From Thermoanaerobaculales bacterium (GTDB taxonomy: Bacteria; Acidobacteriota; Thermoanaerobaculia; Thermoanaerobaculales; Sulfomarinibacteraceae): a stretch of 53,406 nucleotides of DNA. Under the pieces are notes generated by a model, which ran no database searches, was not told where the DNA came from, and saw only the letters and a program-made list of their open reading frames with translations. A program made the position numbers and the translations under genes. The DNA lies in assembly GCA_048061535.1 (NCBI GenBank), contig JBGMRN010000001.1, positions 12,703 through 66,108 of the forward strand. Direction: 5' to 3'. Positions 8,965 to 17,345 of this stretch are shown piece after piece (position 1 is the first letter of the stretch; every line of letters begins with the position of its first letter).

Positions 8965-9320
8965 CGCCCTGTCACTCCCCCGCGCGCCGCCAAGGCAGCG
9001 TCTCGTTGTCCCGGCACGCGCTGCGTTCCGCGTGTCGTTTTCCCCCGGGGGATGTCCTGCTGGATTCACTCCCAGGCATACCTCAGCCGGCTGCGTATCG
9101 GCTGAAGAAATCTGCTCGCCAGCGCTTCTCAATTCTAACCCGAAACGGCGCCGTGTGCAGGGTTGTGAAACGCTCGATCGGCGACCAAACCAACGACCAT
9201 ATTCGACACACCTCGGGAAAAGCTCTTTTGTAAAGACGAATCAGGTGCGGGCGCCATCCCTCGCCACGGAACACTGGAGAGAACTGCGGATTCATCTATA
9301 CTTCCAAATGGGGGTGGCTC

Positions 9321-9854
9321 ATGCGGATCGGCGGAATCCTGATGATCGGTTTACTGTTCGCGGCCGCAATCGTGCTCTATCTCAGCAGCCGCGACGCCAC
9401 CTCGAGCCTCGATGCGGTTGCAGCCGTGGCCGTCGATCTTCGCGAGGAAAACGTCGAGGGTCGTTCGCTGGACCGAGCAGCGGCGCGCACGATGGTGTCG
9501 GCCTTACAAACACTGCTCGATGAACCGGAGACCATAGCCGATCACCTCGACAGTTTGAAGGCCTTTTCGGCGACCGCCGCATCGTGGGCACAGGCCGCCG
9601 AATCGCCGAGCCCGGAACTGCATGCCGCGGTCTCCTTGAGGAGTGCCGCCGGGGAACTCCGGCAACACGCCCTCAGCCCCTCTCCAGTCCACCTCACCCG
9701 AGCCCGGCACTCTCTGGAACAGGCCAGAAACGCTCTCGCCGTCGAAGCTCCGGCTCCGGGGCTCGCCACAGACGCCGTCCGCGACCGCCTCGAGAACCTC
9801 CAGCGCTCACAGCAGGAGCGCTACCAGGAGGTCGCCGAGGAAATCAATCAGTAA
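9321..9854 (+). CDS. Hypothetical membrane-anchored protein
   Basis: ATG with an upstream GGGGGTGG. N-terminal TM helix (GGILMIGLLFAAAIVLYL) followed by an Ala/Leu-rich helical region. Confidence 0.5.
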   Translation: MRIGGILMIGLLFAAAIVLYLSSRDATSSLDAVAAVAVDLREENVEGRSLDRAAARTMVSALQTLLDEPETIADHLDSLKAFSATAASWAQAAESPSPELHAAVSLRSAAGELRQHALSPSPVHLTRARHSLEQARNALAVEAPAPGLATDAVRDRLENLQRSQQERYQEVAEEINQ

Positions 9855-10215
9855 GCTGCAGATCCTGCCAGAGATCGCGAGGGATATTGGTGTTCAATAG
9901 AGCGCCCGCGCCCAGGCGCTGAAGATCCGCAGCCACCATCGCAACCCACCGCTGAACCGCAGGGGTCCGCTCGACCGGGACCAGGGACCACAGGCGGACA
10001 ATTGTGCCCTCGTGGTGGGGTGCGATCTGGATCACGGGATGCTGCGGTCGAGCAAACTCCACCACGACACCTTCAACAAGGACCGCCTGTCCGTCCCGGC
10101 GCCGCCAGACCTGGTCCGTCTTGAGGACCGCCCGCCCCCAGCGGTGGACTCCCGCCGGCAATCCGTCGGCCACGCGTTCGAGATCGACACATTCCTCGAA
10201 GACCATGTGCGGCAT
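9844..10215 (-). CDS. Hypothetical protein, translationally coupled to yjbQ
   Basis: The ATG at 10215 overlaps the yjbQ TGA (TGATG). No domain recognised. Confidence 0.45.
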   Translation of the reverse strand: MPHMVFEECVDLERVADGLPAGVHRWGRAVLKTDQVWRRRDGQAVLVEGVVVEFARPQHPVIQIAPHHEGTIVRLWSLVPVERTPAVQRWVAMVAADLQRLGAGALLNTNIPRDLWQDLQLTD

Positions 10216-10649
10216 CAATCGGCCCCGCTGCTGTTACCAACGAACGAGAACACGACCCGGCGCTTCCGCGGACGCACGTCGCACTCGACGAGGACAATTT
10301 GCTGCCACGTGCCCAGGACGCAAACGCCGGCGAGGACCGGCAAGCTGAGCGATGGCCCGAGAATGGCCGCGCGAAGGTGTGAGAACCCATTCCCGTCGCC
10401 CCAACGAAGGTCGTGGTGATATGAGCGATCCGATGGCGCCAGGCGTTCGAGAGCTTCGTCGAAGTCGCGGACTGCGCCCGGCTCGTACTCTATAGTTGTG
10501 ATCGCCGCTGTGGAACCGGGAACAAAAACGGTGATCTGGCCGTCGATCGCCTCAATCCAAGTGAGCCATGCGCTGACCTCGGGCGTGAGATCGATGATAT
10601 GGCCATGGCCCTCGGTGGCGAGCTGGATTTCCCTGTGAATCACCTGCAT
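10215..10649 (-). CDS. yjbQ: YjbQ/UPF0047 family protein (secondary thiamine-phosphate synthase-like)
   Basis: MQVIHREIQLATEGHGHIIDLT...TTIEYEPG...HLRAAILGPSLSLPV is typical of YjbQ. The start is the internal ATG at 10649. Confidence 0.8.
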   Translation of the reverse strand: MQVIHREIQLATEGHGHIIDLTPEVSAWLTWIEAIDGQITVFVPGSTAAITTIEYEPGAVRDFDEALERLAPSDRSYHHDLRWGDGNGFSHLRAAILGPSLSLPVLAGVCVLGTWQQIVLVECDVRPRKRRVVFSFVGNSSGAD

Positions 10650-10698
10650 GGGCACAGTATAACGATGCTGCCCCAAACGATCTCCCCGCCTCTTTGAT

Positions 10699-11457
10699 AT
10701 GCAGCCGTGGGTCGGCTTTGGTAGGATGTCCGCCGTGTATCTGGGGGGCGTGTTGGCCGCCGTCACTGAGGCGCTGCTTCCCGGCCTGTGTCCGCACTGC
10801 GGAGCGCTGTTGCCGGGGAAGGACCGCGGGTTGTGCCGCGGCTGTTGGTCGAAGATGGTGCCCCTGGCGGGCGCTGCGTGCCCCCGTTGCGGGGTGCCCT
10901 CGGACGATCCATCGCTGCCCTGCCTGGACTGCGTTCGAACCCCCCCTCCTCAGGGGGCGACCGTGATTTGGGGAGAACATGACGGCTCGCTCCGCACCGC
11001 CGTTCTGTCGCTGAAGTACGGCGGCCGCGACGATTTCTCGCCCAGGCTCGGCGCCAGGCTGGCAGCGGTTGTGGCGGCTCAGCCGTGGGGCGGGACCATC
11101 GACACGGTCAGCTTCGTTCCGTCCCATCCGCTGCGGCGCATTCGGCGGCCGTGGGCAGCCGCGGAGCTTCTCGGTCGGGAGATCGCGAAATGTCTTGAAC
11201 GGCCATTCGTTCCGCTCCTCCGCCGTCACGGCCTGCGACGCCAATCGGGTCACAGCCGGGCGCAGCGTCTCGAACTGCCCAGCCGTAGTTTTTCACCTTC
11301 CACCGCCGCAGACGGCCGGTATATCCTTCTGGTCGATGACGTCACGACGACCGGAACCACCCTGCGAAGAGCCGCCGCCACGCTCAAGAGGGCCGGCGCC
11401 GAGGCTGTCTTCGGCGCCATCCTCGCCCTGGCCCTCGATCCAAGGAGAATGCCATGA
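10699..11457 (+). CDS. comF: ComF-family phosphoribosyltransferase
   Basis: N-terminal CxxC...CxxC zinc ribbon and a C-terminal PRTase motif (ILLVDDVTTTGTT). Confidence 0.8.
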   Translation: MQPWVGFGRMSAVYLGGVLAAVTEALLPGLCPHCGALLPGKDRGLCRGCWSKMVPLAGAACPRCGVPSDDPSLPCLDCVRTPPPQGATVIWGEHDGSLRTAVLSLKYGGRDDFSPRLGARLAAVVAAQPWGGTIDTVSFVPSHPLRRIRRPWAAAELLGREIAKCLERPFVPLLRRHGLRRQSGHSRAQRLELPSRSFSPSTAADGRYILLVDDVTTTGTTLRRAAATLKRAGAEAVFGAILALALDPRRMP

Positions 11458-12362
11458 GTGTATTCGACGGTCTCATTAGATTCGGGATGCCACTCGTGCC
11501 CAGGTCGATCGTCGGCCTGGTCGCCCGTCGCTACGTTGCCGGTGAGACCATCGACGATGCCGCCGACGCCATCCGCACCATCAATGACGAGGGAGCGATG
11601 GCTACAGTCGACGTTCTGGGCGAAGAAGTCAGCGAGCCTGCCAACGCCGAGGCCGCAGTGGCCGAATACCTCGGCCTCTTCGACCGGATCCGGGTCGAGG
11701 GACTGGACGCCAACATTTCTGTCAAGCCCACGATGCTCGGCCTCAAGATCAACGAAGAGCTCTGTTTAAAGAACATCGCTGCGATCGTTTCCAGGGCGGT
11801 CGAACTGGACAATTTCGTTCGTATCGACATGGAGGATCACACCTGCACCGACGCCACGCTTCGGATTTACCGGAGAGTACTCGCGGACTTTCCGTCATCG
11901 GTAGGGGTTGTCCTGCAGTCGTATCTCCACCGAACCACATCGGATATCAATGATCTCCTCCCGCTCGATCCGAATGTCAGAATGTGTAAAGGTATCTACC
12001 GCGAACCGCGCGCCATCGCATGGAAGGATTTCGATACCGTTCGCGCCAACTTCATTTACAACGTCGAAAAGCTCCTGGAGCATGGCGCCTACGTGGGCAT
12101 CGCGACCCACGACACACATCTGGTGTGGGCCGGGATGAGTGCTGTGGACCGTCTTGGGCTGACTCCCGATCGTTACGAGTTCCAAATGTTGTATGGGGTG
12201 GACCACGAGCTGCGCCGGGTCATCCTGGAGCGGGGCCATCGGCTCAGAGTATATGTTCCCTACGGCCGCGATTGGTACCCCTATTCGATCCGTCGTCTCC
12301 GTGAGAACCCCTCCGTCGCTCGACACGTGATACGCGCGATGTTCGGCGGCGCTCCACGTTGA
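11454..12362 (+). CDS. Proline dehydrogenase family protein
   Basis: PRODH TIM-barrel similarity (VDVLGEEV, ISVKPTMLG, VRIDMED, QMLYGV). ATGA overlap with comF. Confidence 0.8.
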   Translation: MSVFDGLIRFGMPLVPRSIVGLVARRYVAGETIDDAADAIRTINDEGAMATVDVLGEEVSEPANAEAAVAEYLGLFDRIRVEGLDANISVKPTMLGLKINEELCLKNIAAIVSRAVELDNFVRIDMEDHTCTDATLRIYRRVLADFPSSVGVVLQSYLHRTTSDINDLLPLDPNVRMCKGIYREPRAIAWKDFDTVRANFIYNVEKLLEHGAYVGIATHDTHLVWAGMSAVDRLGLTPDRYEFQMLYGVDHELRRVILERGHRLRVYVPYGRDWYPYSIRRLRENPSVARHVIRAMFGGAPR

Positions 12363-12421
12363 GACGAGTCCTGAAAAGGAGTATGCTGAGGGGTGCAGAG
12401 AGTCCAAATTGGAGGCATTCG

Positions 12422-13360
12422 ATGCACATGCGCTGTGTGACCCTCAGCTTCTGTTCCTTCCTTGTGCTCGCGGCTGCGAGTGTGGTGATTGCGGTAGGCC
12501 AGGCCCGGTTTGGAGGCGTCGTCACGGACACCGGCGGCAATCCTTTGCCGGACGCGATCATTACGATCACCTCGGATGAGGTTTCGTCCTTCCACAAGGA
12601 AATCAAGGTTGGCAAGGACGGCACGTTCAAGGCGTTGATCCTCGACGCGACTCGGGTCTACCTCCTGCACGTCGAGGCGCCCGGTTACCAGCCCGCTGAA
12701 CGCGTGCTGGACATCGACATCGGCACCTCCGACAGCTTTTTCGAGTTCGCCCTCAAGAGCCACGAAGAGCTGGCGGTATCCCAGGAACAGGACATTCGGG
12801 AGCAGCCGGGTTACAAGGAGTTTCTCGAGGGCCGAGAGCTGCTCGCGACCGACAAGAACGAGGAGGCGCGCGCCAAGTTCGCGGCCGCCGTCGAAGCGTT
12901 GCCGAAATTCGTTCCTGCCCTCGCCGCGCTTGCCGAGCTCGATCAACAGGCGGGCCTCCACGAGGAGGCGCTGGCTGCCGCCCACCGGTGTCTCGAGGAG
13001 GATGAGGAAGCCATCGACTGCCTGGCCATCGCTGCCAACGCCTGTCAGAGCCTCGGCGACGAGGAAGGTCGGGCGGCCTTCCTTGCGCGTTACAAGGAGC
13101 TCAACCCCGAGGACCCCACGATCCTCTTCAACAGCGCTGTCGCGTTCCTCAACAAGATGGACGACGAGGGCGCCCGGCCGCTCCTCGAGCGGTGCCTGCA
13201 GGCCAATCCGGACTTCCCGGAGTGTCTCTTCGAGTATGGAATGCTCCAGCTACGCAGCGGCGACATGGAAGGGGCAAAAACCAGTCTTGAGCACTATGTC
13301 GAGGTCGCCCCCGACGCGCCGGATGCTGCCACCGCCGTGGAGACCATCAAGTACCTCTGA
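12422..13360 (+). CDS. Secreted carboxypeptidase-regulatory-like domain + TPR repeat protein
   Basis: GGAGG lies 6 nt before the ATG at 12422. Signal peptide MHMRCVTLSFCSFLVLAAASVV, then GVVTDTGGNPLPDA and TPR-like repeats. Confidence 0.7.
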   Translation: MHMRCVTLSFCSFLVLAAASVVIAVGQARFGGVVTDTGGNPLPDAIITITSDEVSSFHKEIKVGKDGTFKALILDATRVYLLHVEAPGYQPAERVLDIDIGTSDSFFEFALKSHEELAVSQEQDIREQPGYKEFLEGRELLATDKNEEARAKFAAAVEALPKFVPALAALAELDQQAGLHEEALAAAHRCLEEDEEAIDCLAIAANACQSLGDEEGRAAFLARYKELNPEDPTILFNSAVAFLNKMDDEGARPLLERCLQANPDFPECLFEYGMLQLRSGDMEGAKTSLEHYVEVAPDAPDAATAVETIKYL

Positions 13361-13367
13361 CGGTACG

Positions 13368-13979
13368 ATGGCCACCTTGTGCATCGGCGTTGCGGGCGGA
13401 ACCGGCTCTGGCAAGACCACGATCGCCGAGGAAATCGTGCGCCGGGTCGGTCGCGACCGGATCGTCATCGTCAACCAGGACCGCTACTACCACGATCTCG
13501 CTCACCTCGACGAGCTGCAACGTGCTCAGCACAATTTCGACCACCCCGCCGCTGTCGAGGAAGGCCTTCTGGTCGAACACCTCTGTCTTCTCAAAGAGGG
13601 CCGGCCGGCGCCGCTCCCGGTTTACGACTTCGCTCATCACGTTCGATCCGCAGCCGAGGAATGGGTTGATCCCCGCTCAGTCATTCTCCTCGAAGGCATC
13701 CTGATCCTCGCGATACCCGCCATCAGGGAGCTTCTCGACGTGAAGATCTTCATCGACACCGACCCCGACCTTCGCTTCATTCGGCGACTGCAACGTGACA
13801 TCGCCGAGCGCGAGCGCTCGGTCGGAAGCGTCGTGGACCAGTACCTCACCTCGGTACGTCCGATGCACCTGGAGTTCGTCGAGCCCTCCAAGCGATGGGC
13901 CGACGTGATCATCCCCGAGGGCGGCTTCAACACCGTCGCCCTCGACATGGTCATCAGCCGCATTCTGCAGATGATCTAG
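13368..13979 (+). CDS. udk: Uridine kinase
   Basis: MATLCIGVAGGTGSGKTT P-loop and DHP/IILEGIL motifs. The TAG stop at 13977-13979 lies in the CTAG that flanks element B2. Confidence 0.9.
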   Translation: MATLCIGVAGGTGSGKTTIAEEIVRRVGRDRIVIVNQDRYYHDLAHLDELQRAQHNFDHPAAVEEGLLVEHLCLLKEGRPAPLPVYDFAHHVRSAAEEWVDPRSVILLEGILILAIPAIRELLDVKIFIDTDPDLRFIRRLQRDIAERERSVGSVVDQYLTSVRPMHLEFVEPSKRWADVIIPEGGFNTVALDMVISRILQMI

Positions 13980-13987
13980 CCCGTTCT

Positions 13988-14009
13988 CGTCCGGAAACGG
14001 CGCATTTTT
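13988..14009 (+). terminator. Intrinsic-terminator-like hairpin plus T-run after udk, inside B2
   Basis: CG(T)CCG-GAAA-CGGCG followed by CATTTTT, starting 9 nt after the udk stop. Confidence 0.45.
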
Positions 14010-14132
14010 GCAATCTCTGCGTCAAACTGCGAATTTCCTTGTGCGATGTACAGGAGTACGTCTCCGCGGAAATTCTTGTTTTCCTTGATCTTGCAGAAAA
14101 ATCGCTCGCTGCCGCATCGAAAACCGCGTTGT

Positions 14133-14157
14133 CCCTTCCAGAGTTTCTGGACGGAGG
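14133..14157 (-). terminator. Hairpin directly after the Hfq-like gene stop, inside B2
   Basis: The minus strand reads CCTCCGTCCAG-aaact-CTGGAAGGG. It is homologous to the B1 hairpin at 4276-4298 and has no U-tract. Confidence 0.3.
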
Positions 14158-14161
14158 CGGG

Positions 14162-14500
14162 CTAGCGAGTGGTGGGGGTGGAACGCCGGCGACGGCGAGT
14201 GCGCAGCTCCTCCTCCTTGAACATGAACTTGACCGTGTGCTTGAAAAGGAGCAGATTGGGGGCGTCTGTTCGGTTCAGCTTGATGCAATTCTTGTCATAC
14301 CACTCGATCCATCCACTGAGCTCGGTCCCGTCGGTCAGCACCACGACCATCGTGGTGCGATTCTGCATCTGTTTGAGGTAATAAAAGCTCTCCGCATTCG
14401 TCTGCTCAGCGGGCACCTGTTTGCGTCGACCCGTGGCTCGGGTCGGAAACCTCTCCATCATTTCGTTCATCGATGGCCGGATCAGCTTACGATCGGACAT
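14162..14500 (-). CDS. hfq: Hfq-like (Sm-fold) RNA-binding protein with an N-terminal extension and Arg-rich tail
   Basis: Sm1-like VVVLTDGTELSGWIEWYDKNCIKL and Sm2-like LLLFKHTVKFM. GAGGAGAG sits 5-6 nt before the ATG at 14500. C-terminus is RTRRRRRSTPTTR. Confidence 0.65.
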   Translation of the reverse strand: MSDRKLIRPSMNEMMERFPTRATGRRKQVPAEQTNAESFYYLKQMQNRTTMVVVLTDGTELSGWIEWYDKNCIKLNRTDAPNLLLFKHTVKFMFKEEELRTRRRRRSTPTTR

Positions 14501-14638
14501 TTCGTCTCTCCTCAAGCCCCATGCTGTGCCGCGCCGGGGACTGAAAGCGTGAAGTCTGTAGGTTCTGCGATCAGATTAACAGATTCCCCAACGGGTGTCG
14601 CCTCTGCGTCGACCTCGTGTTCACCTCCGCCAGAGGCA

Positions 14639-14838
14639 TACCCGGCGCCGAACCCACAAAATCAAACCAACCCACCAGATTTCGTCGCCAGAGGCGCATG
14701 GGGTTGTACGTGTCTGCGCTCTCGATGTTTTGGGAGCGAAGTCGTACTCGCGGTGCTTCGAGCGAGCAAATCGAGAAAGCGCAGACCTGCACCGTGCATT
14801 GTGCCCTGCATTAGAAAGATGGTGATTGGCTGGGGCTG
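14639..14838 (+). mobile_element. MITE-like element, copy A1 (subfamily A, degenerate ends)
   Basis: The core 14671-14825 aligns with 19441-19600 and 32462-32620. The 5' end carries a roughly 22-bp insertion and the 3' terminus has decayed to GGGGCTG. Confidence 0.7.
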
Positions 14839-14844
14839 GACAGG

Positions 14845-15540
14845 TTAACGTCGGTTGCGTGGAGATTCCGGATACTGGTCCACTTCGTGCGAAAGGCAGC
14901 ACATCAGACGACCGCAGAGGCCGGAAATCTTGGTCGGGTTGAGGCTCAGGTTTTGCCGTTTGGCCATGCGAACCGTCACCGAATGGAAGCGGTCCATGAA
15001 GGTAGCGCAACACAGGCAACGGCCACAAGGCCCAAGGCCGCCGCATAGCCGCGCCCCGTCGCGAACTCCCAACGAACGCATCTCGATCCGCCGGCGAAAG
15101 CGACGGCTCAGATCGCGCAGGAGGGGTCGGTAGTCAACCCGTTTCTCGGCCGAGAAGTAGATCACCGCCTTACCGCCGGAGAGAGGAACCCGCACCTTGA
15201 ATGGATGGAGCTCGAGACCGAGATCGCGGATCCGGAGGCGAAGGTACCGTTTGATGTCCATCTCGATGCGGGTGGTATCCTCGTGGCGTTTCTTGTCCTC
15301 GGAGGTTGCCCTGCGAACAATCCTTGCCGACGCCGCGCGAGGGCGCTTGAAAACCGGCGGCGCGAATGCGGTCACCGTACCCAGGAACGGTCCGTCCGGC
15401 GTATCGACGACACACGGGTCACCATGATCGAACTCCAGCTCGCCCAGCCGACATGCCATCGGCGGAAGATCGGGGTCGATCAAGACCGGAACCCAGTCCT
15501 CGACCCGAGGCGTGATCGTACACAGAACAGCCTCTGACAT
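14845..15540 (-). CDS. PSP1 domain protein (YaaT-like)
   Basis: PSP1 C-terminal signature (GGLGPCGRCLCCATF...GLCGRLMCCL). The ATG at 15540 overlaps the purE stop (ATGA). The longer ORF reaching 15885 overlaps purE and is rejected. Confidence 0.85.
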   Translation of the reverse strand: MSEAVLCTITPRVEDWVPVLIDPDLPPMACRLGELEFDHGDPCVVDTPDGPFLGTVTAFAPPVFKRPRAASARIVRRATSEDKKRHEDTTRIEMDIKRYLRLRIRDLGLELHPFKVRVPLSGGKAVIYFSAEKRVDYRPLLRDLSRRFRRRIEMRSLGVRDGARLCGGLGPCGRCLCCATFMDRFHSVTVRMAKRQNLSLNPTKISGLCGRLMCCLSHEVDQYPESPRNRR

Positions 15541-16058
15541 CAGGTATTGCCGTCCCCATTGATAGATTTTGCGATCTCGTCGTCGGCTGCGACGACCATG
15601 TCCCCGCCCTCGCGCCGGACCTCCGCCAGCGCGGCGGCCACCTGCGGCTGGTGTTCGGCCACGATCTGGGCTGCGAAATACGCCGCGTTCCGAGCGCCGG
15701 CTGGACCCACCGCAAAGGTGGCCACCGGAATTCCAGCCGGCATCTGCACGGTGGACAATAACGCGTCCACGCCGTCGAGCACGCCCCCCGGAAGCGGCAC
15801 GCCGAGGACCGGGCGCTGAGTTTGAGCAGCTACGGCGCCTGCAAGATGGGCCGCCATCCCGGCAGCGCAGATGAAGACCCGGCATCCCTCCGCCTCCGCC
15901 GAGCGGACCAGATCCGTGGTGCGCTCCGGCGTCCGGTGAGCAGACGAGACGTGGGCGCGAAAAACCAGACCCATGCGGCGGAGGACGTCGGTCGCCCCAC
16001 GCAGGTATTTCCAGTCGCTGGCCGAACCCATCAGGATCATCACATCAAGGTCTGCCAC
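15540..16058 (-). CDS. purE: 5-(carboxyamino)imidazole ribonucleotide mutase
   Basis: ILMGSASDW, SAHRTP and GVPL motifs. GTG at 16058 (VADLDVMILMGS) is preferred; ATG at 16040 is the alternative. Confidence 0.88.
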   Translation of the reverse strand: MADLDVMILMGSASDWKYLRGATDVLRRMGLVFRAHVSSAHRTPERTTDLVRSAEAEGCRVFICAAGMAAHLAGAVAAQTQRPVLGVPLPGGVLDGVDALLSTVQMPAGIPVATFAVGPAGARNAAYFAAQIVAEHQPQVAAALAEVRREGGDMVVAADDEIAKSINGDGNT

Positions 16059-17340
16059 CGGAGCTCCCGAGCGTGTCCAGGGTGTCCTTGCCGATATCGG
16101 AGCGATACCACATGCCGTCAAAGTGGATCTTCTCGACCCCGCGGTAGGCGACATCCAGTGCCTCGAGCAAGGTGCCGCCGCGGCCACAAACCGAGAGAAC
16201 TCGTCCGCCGGCGGTGAGCAGGCGGTCACCCTCCCGGCGGGTGCCCGCCTGGTATACCGTCACTCCAGGGAGAGCCAGCGCCTCGCCGATGCCCGAAATC
16301 GGGTCCCCCTTGCGCGGACTCGAAGGGTAGCCTTCGGCCGCCAGCACGACACAGGCCACCGCCTCCTTGCGCCACTGCAGGTTGTTGCCGGTGAGACGGC
16401 CGTTGGCCGCGTTGCGGGCGACCGCAGCGAGGTTGCCGTTCAGTCGGGGGAGGATGGCCTGGGTTTCGGGGTCACCGAATCGGCAGTTGAACTCAAGCAC
16501 CTTGGGTCCGTCACTGCCCATCATCAGTCCGACGTAAAGAACGCCGCGGTACTCGCGGCCCTCGGCTGCCATCCCCGCGATTGTCGGCCGAACCACCTGG
16601 TCCATGATCAGCCTGCTGGTACCGGGAGGGATAACGAGCGCGGGAGAGTGAGCTCCCATTCCACCCGTGTTGGGTCCCTGATCACCATCGTACGCCCTCT
16701 TGTAGTCGTGGGCCGTGGCAATCGGAACCGCACTGGACCCATCGCTGATCACCATGTAAGAGACCTCGTCGCCGTGAAGGTACTCTTCGATCAGTACCCG
16801 GTCACCTGCATCTCCAAACCGACGCTGGACAAAGAAGGTCTCCAGGGCCTCCTCGAGATCGTCCTTGTTGTGGACAATCACTACTCCTTTACCGGCCGCC
16901 AGACCGTCCGCCTTGAAAACGACCGGAAATTTCGTTTTCCTGACCGCGGCCGCAGCCTCATCCCGGTTTCGCACCACCGCAGCATCGGCGGTGGGAATAC
17001 TGTGTCGCCAGCAAAATTCCTTCGCAAAAACCTTGCTCGCTTCCAGCTCTGCGGCTGCCCGAAGAGGCCCGAAGAGTCGCAGGTCACGCCGGTCGAATTC
17101 GTCCCCGATGCCAAGCGCCAGCGGCACCTCCGGCCCAACGATCGTCAGGTTGACCCGCAGATCCGACGCCGCCTCTGCCACCCCCGGAAGGTCATCAGCG
17201 GCCACCGGCAGGAGATCGGCAGCCTGGGCGATCCCGGGGTTTCCGGGAGCGGCATAGACAGCGCTCACCCCCTGTGACCGACGCAAGGCGTGGACGATCG
17301 CGTGTTCGCGGGCGCCGGAACCGAGGACGAGAATTCGCAT
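16045..17340 (-). CDS. purD: Phosphoribosylamine-glycine ligase
   Basis: MRILVLGSGAREHA N-terminus and ATP-grasp motifs. ATG at 17340. Confidence 0.93.
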   Translation of the reverse strand: MRILVLGSGAREHAIVHALRRSQGVSAVYAAPGNPGIAQAADLLPVAADDLPGVAEAASDLRVNLTIVGPEVPLALGIGDEFDRRDLRLFGPLRAAAELEASKVFAKEFCWRHSIPTADAAVVRNRDEAAAAVRKTKFPVVFKADGLAAGKGVVIVHNKDDLEEALETFFVQRRFGDAGDRVLIEEYLHGDEVSYMVISDGSSAVPIATAHDYKRAYDGDQGPNTGGMGAHSPALVIPPGTSRLIMDQVVRPTIAGMAAEGREYRGVLYVGLMMGSDGPKVLEFNCRFGDPETQAILPRLNGNLAAVARNAANGRLTGNNLQWRKEAVACVVLAAEGYPSSPRKGDPISGIGEALALPGVTVYQAGTRREGDRLLTAGGRVLSVCGRGGTLLEALDVAYRGVEKIHFDGMWYRSDIGKDTLDTLGSSGGRP

Positions 17341-17345
17341 CGCCA

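Larger units (their letters stand above)
13976..14165 (-). mobile_element. MITE-like element, copy B2 (subfamily B), flanked by CTAG direct repeats
   Basis: A 182-bp body (13980-14161) reads CCCG...CGGG and is bounded by CTAG at 13976-13979 and 14162-14165. Its reverse complement aligns with B1 over nearly the full length. Confidence 0.8.

Noticed and set aside
9196-9330. A possible further degenerate MITE copy upstream of the gene at 9321 (CCATATTC..CAC at the 5' side, AAATGGGGGTGGCTCATGCGG at the 3' side).
   Set aside because: Similarity is limited to short blocks and the length is wrong (about 135 bp). The 3' match is largely the generic Shine-Dalgarno plus ATGCGG start context, which cysK also shows. 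This is not enough to call.
14845-15885. N-terminally extended versions of ORFs in the six-frame track: PSP1 to 15885, tig to 41660, clpP to 40500, lon to 38389, mrdA from 27463, rng from 30729, udk from 12930, cysK from 18264, the kinase fusion to 9132.
   Set aside because: The extensions overlap upstream genes or tRNAs and have non-protein-like composition. Internal starts with Shine-Dalgarno sequences or start/stop coupling reproduce canonical N-termini.
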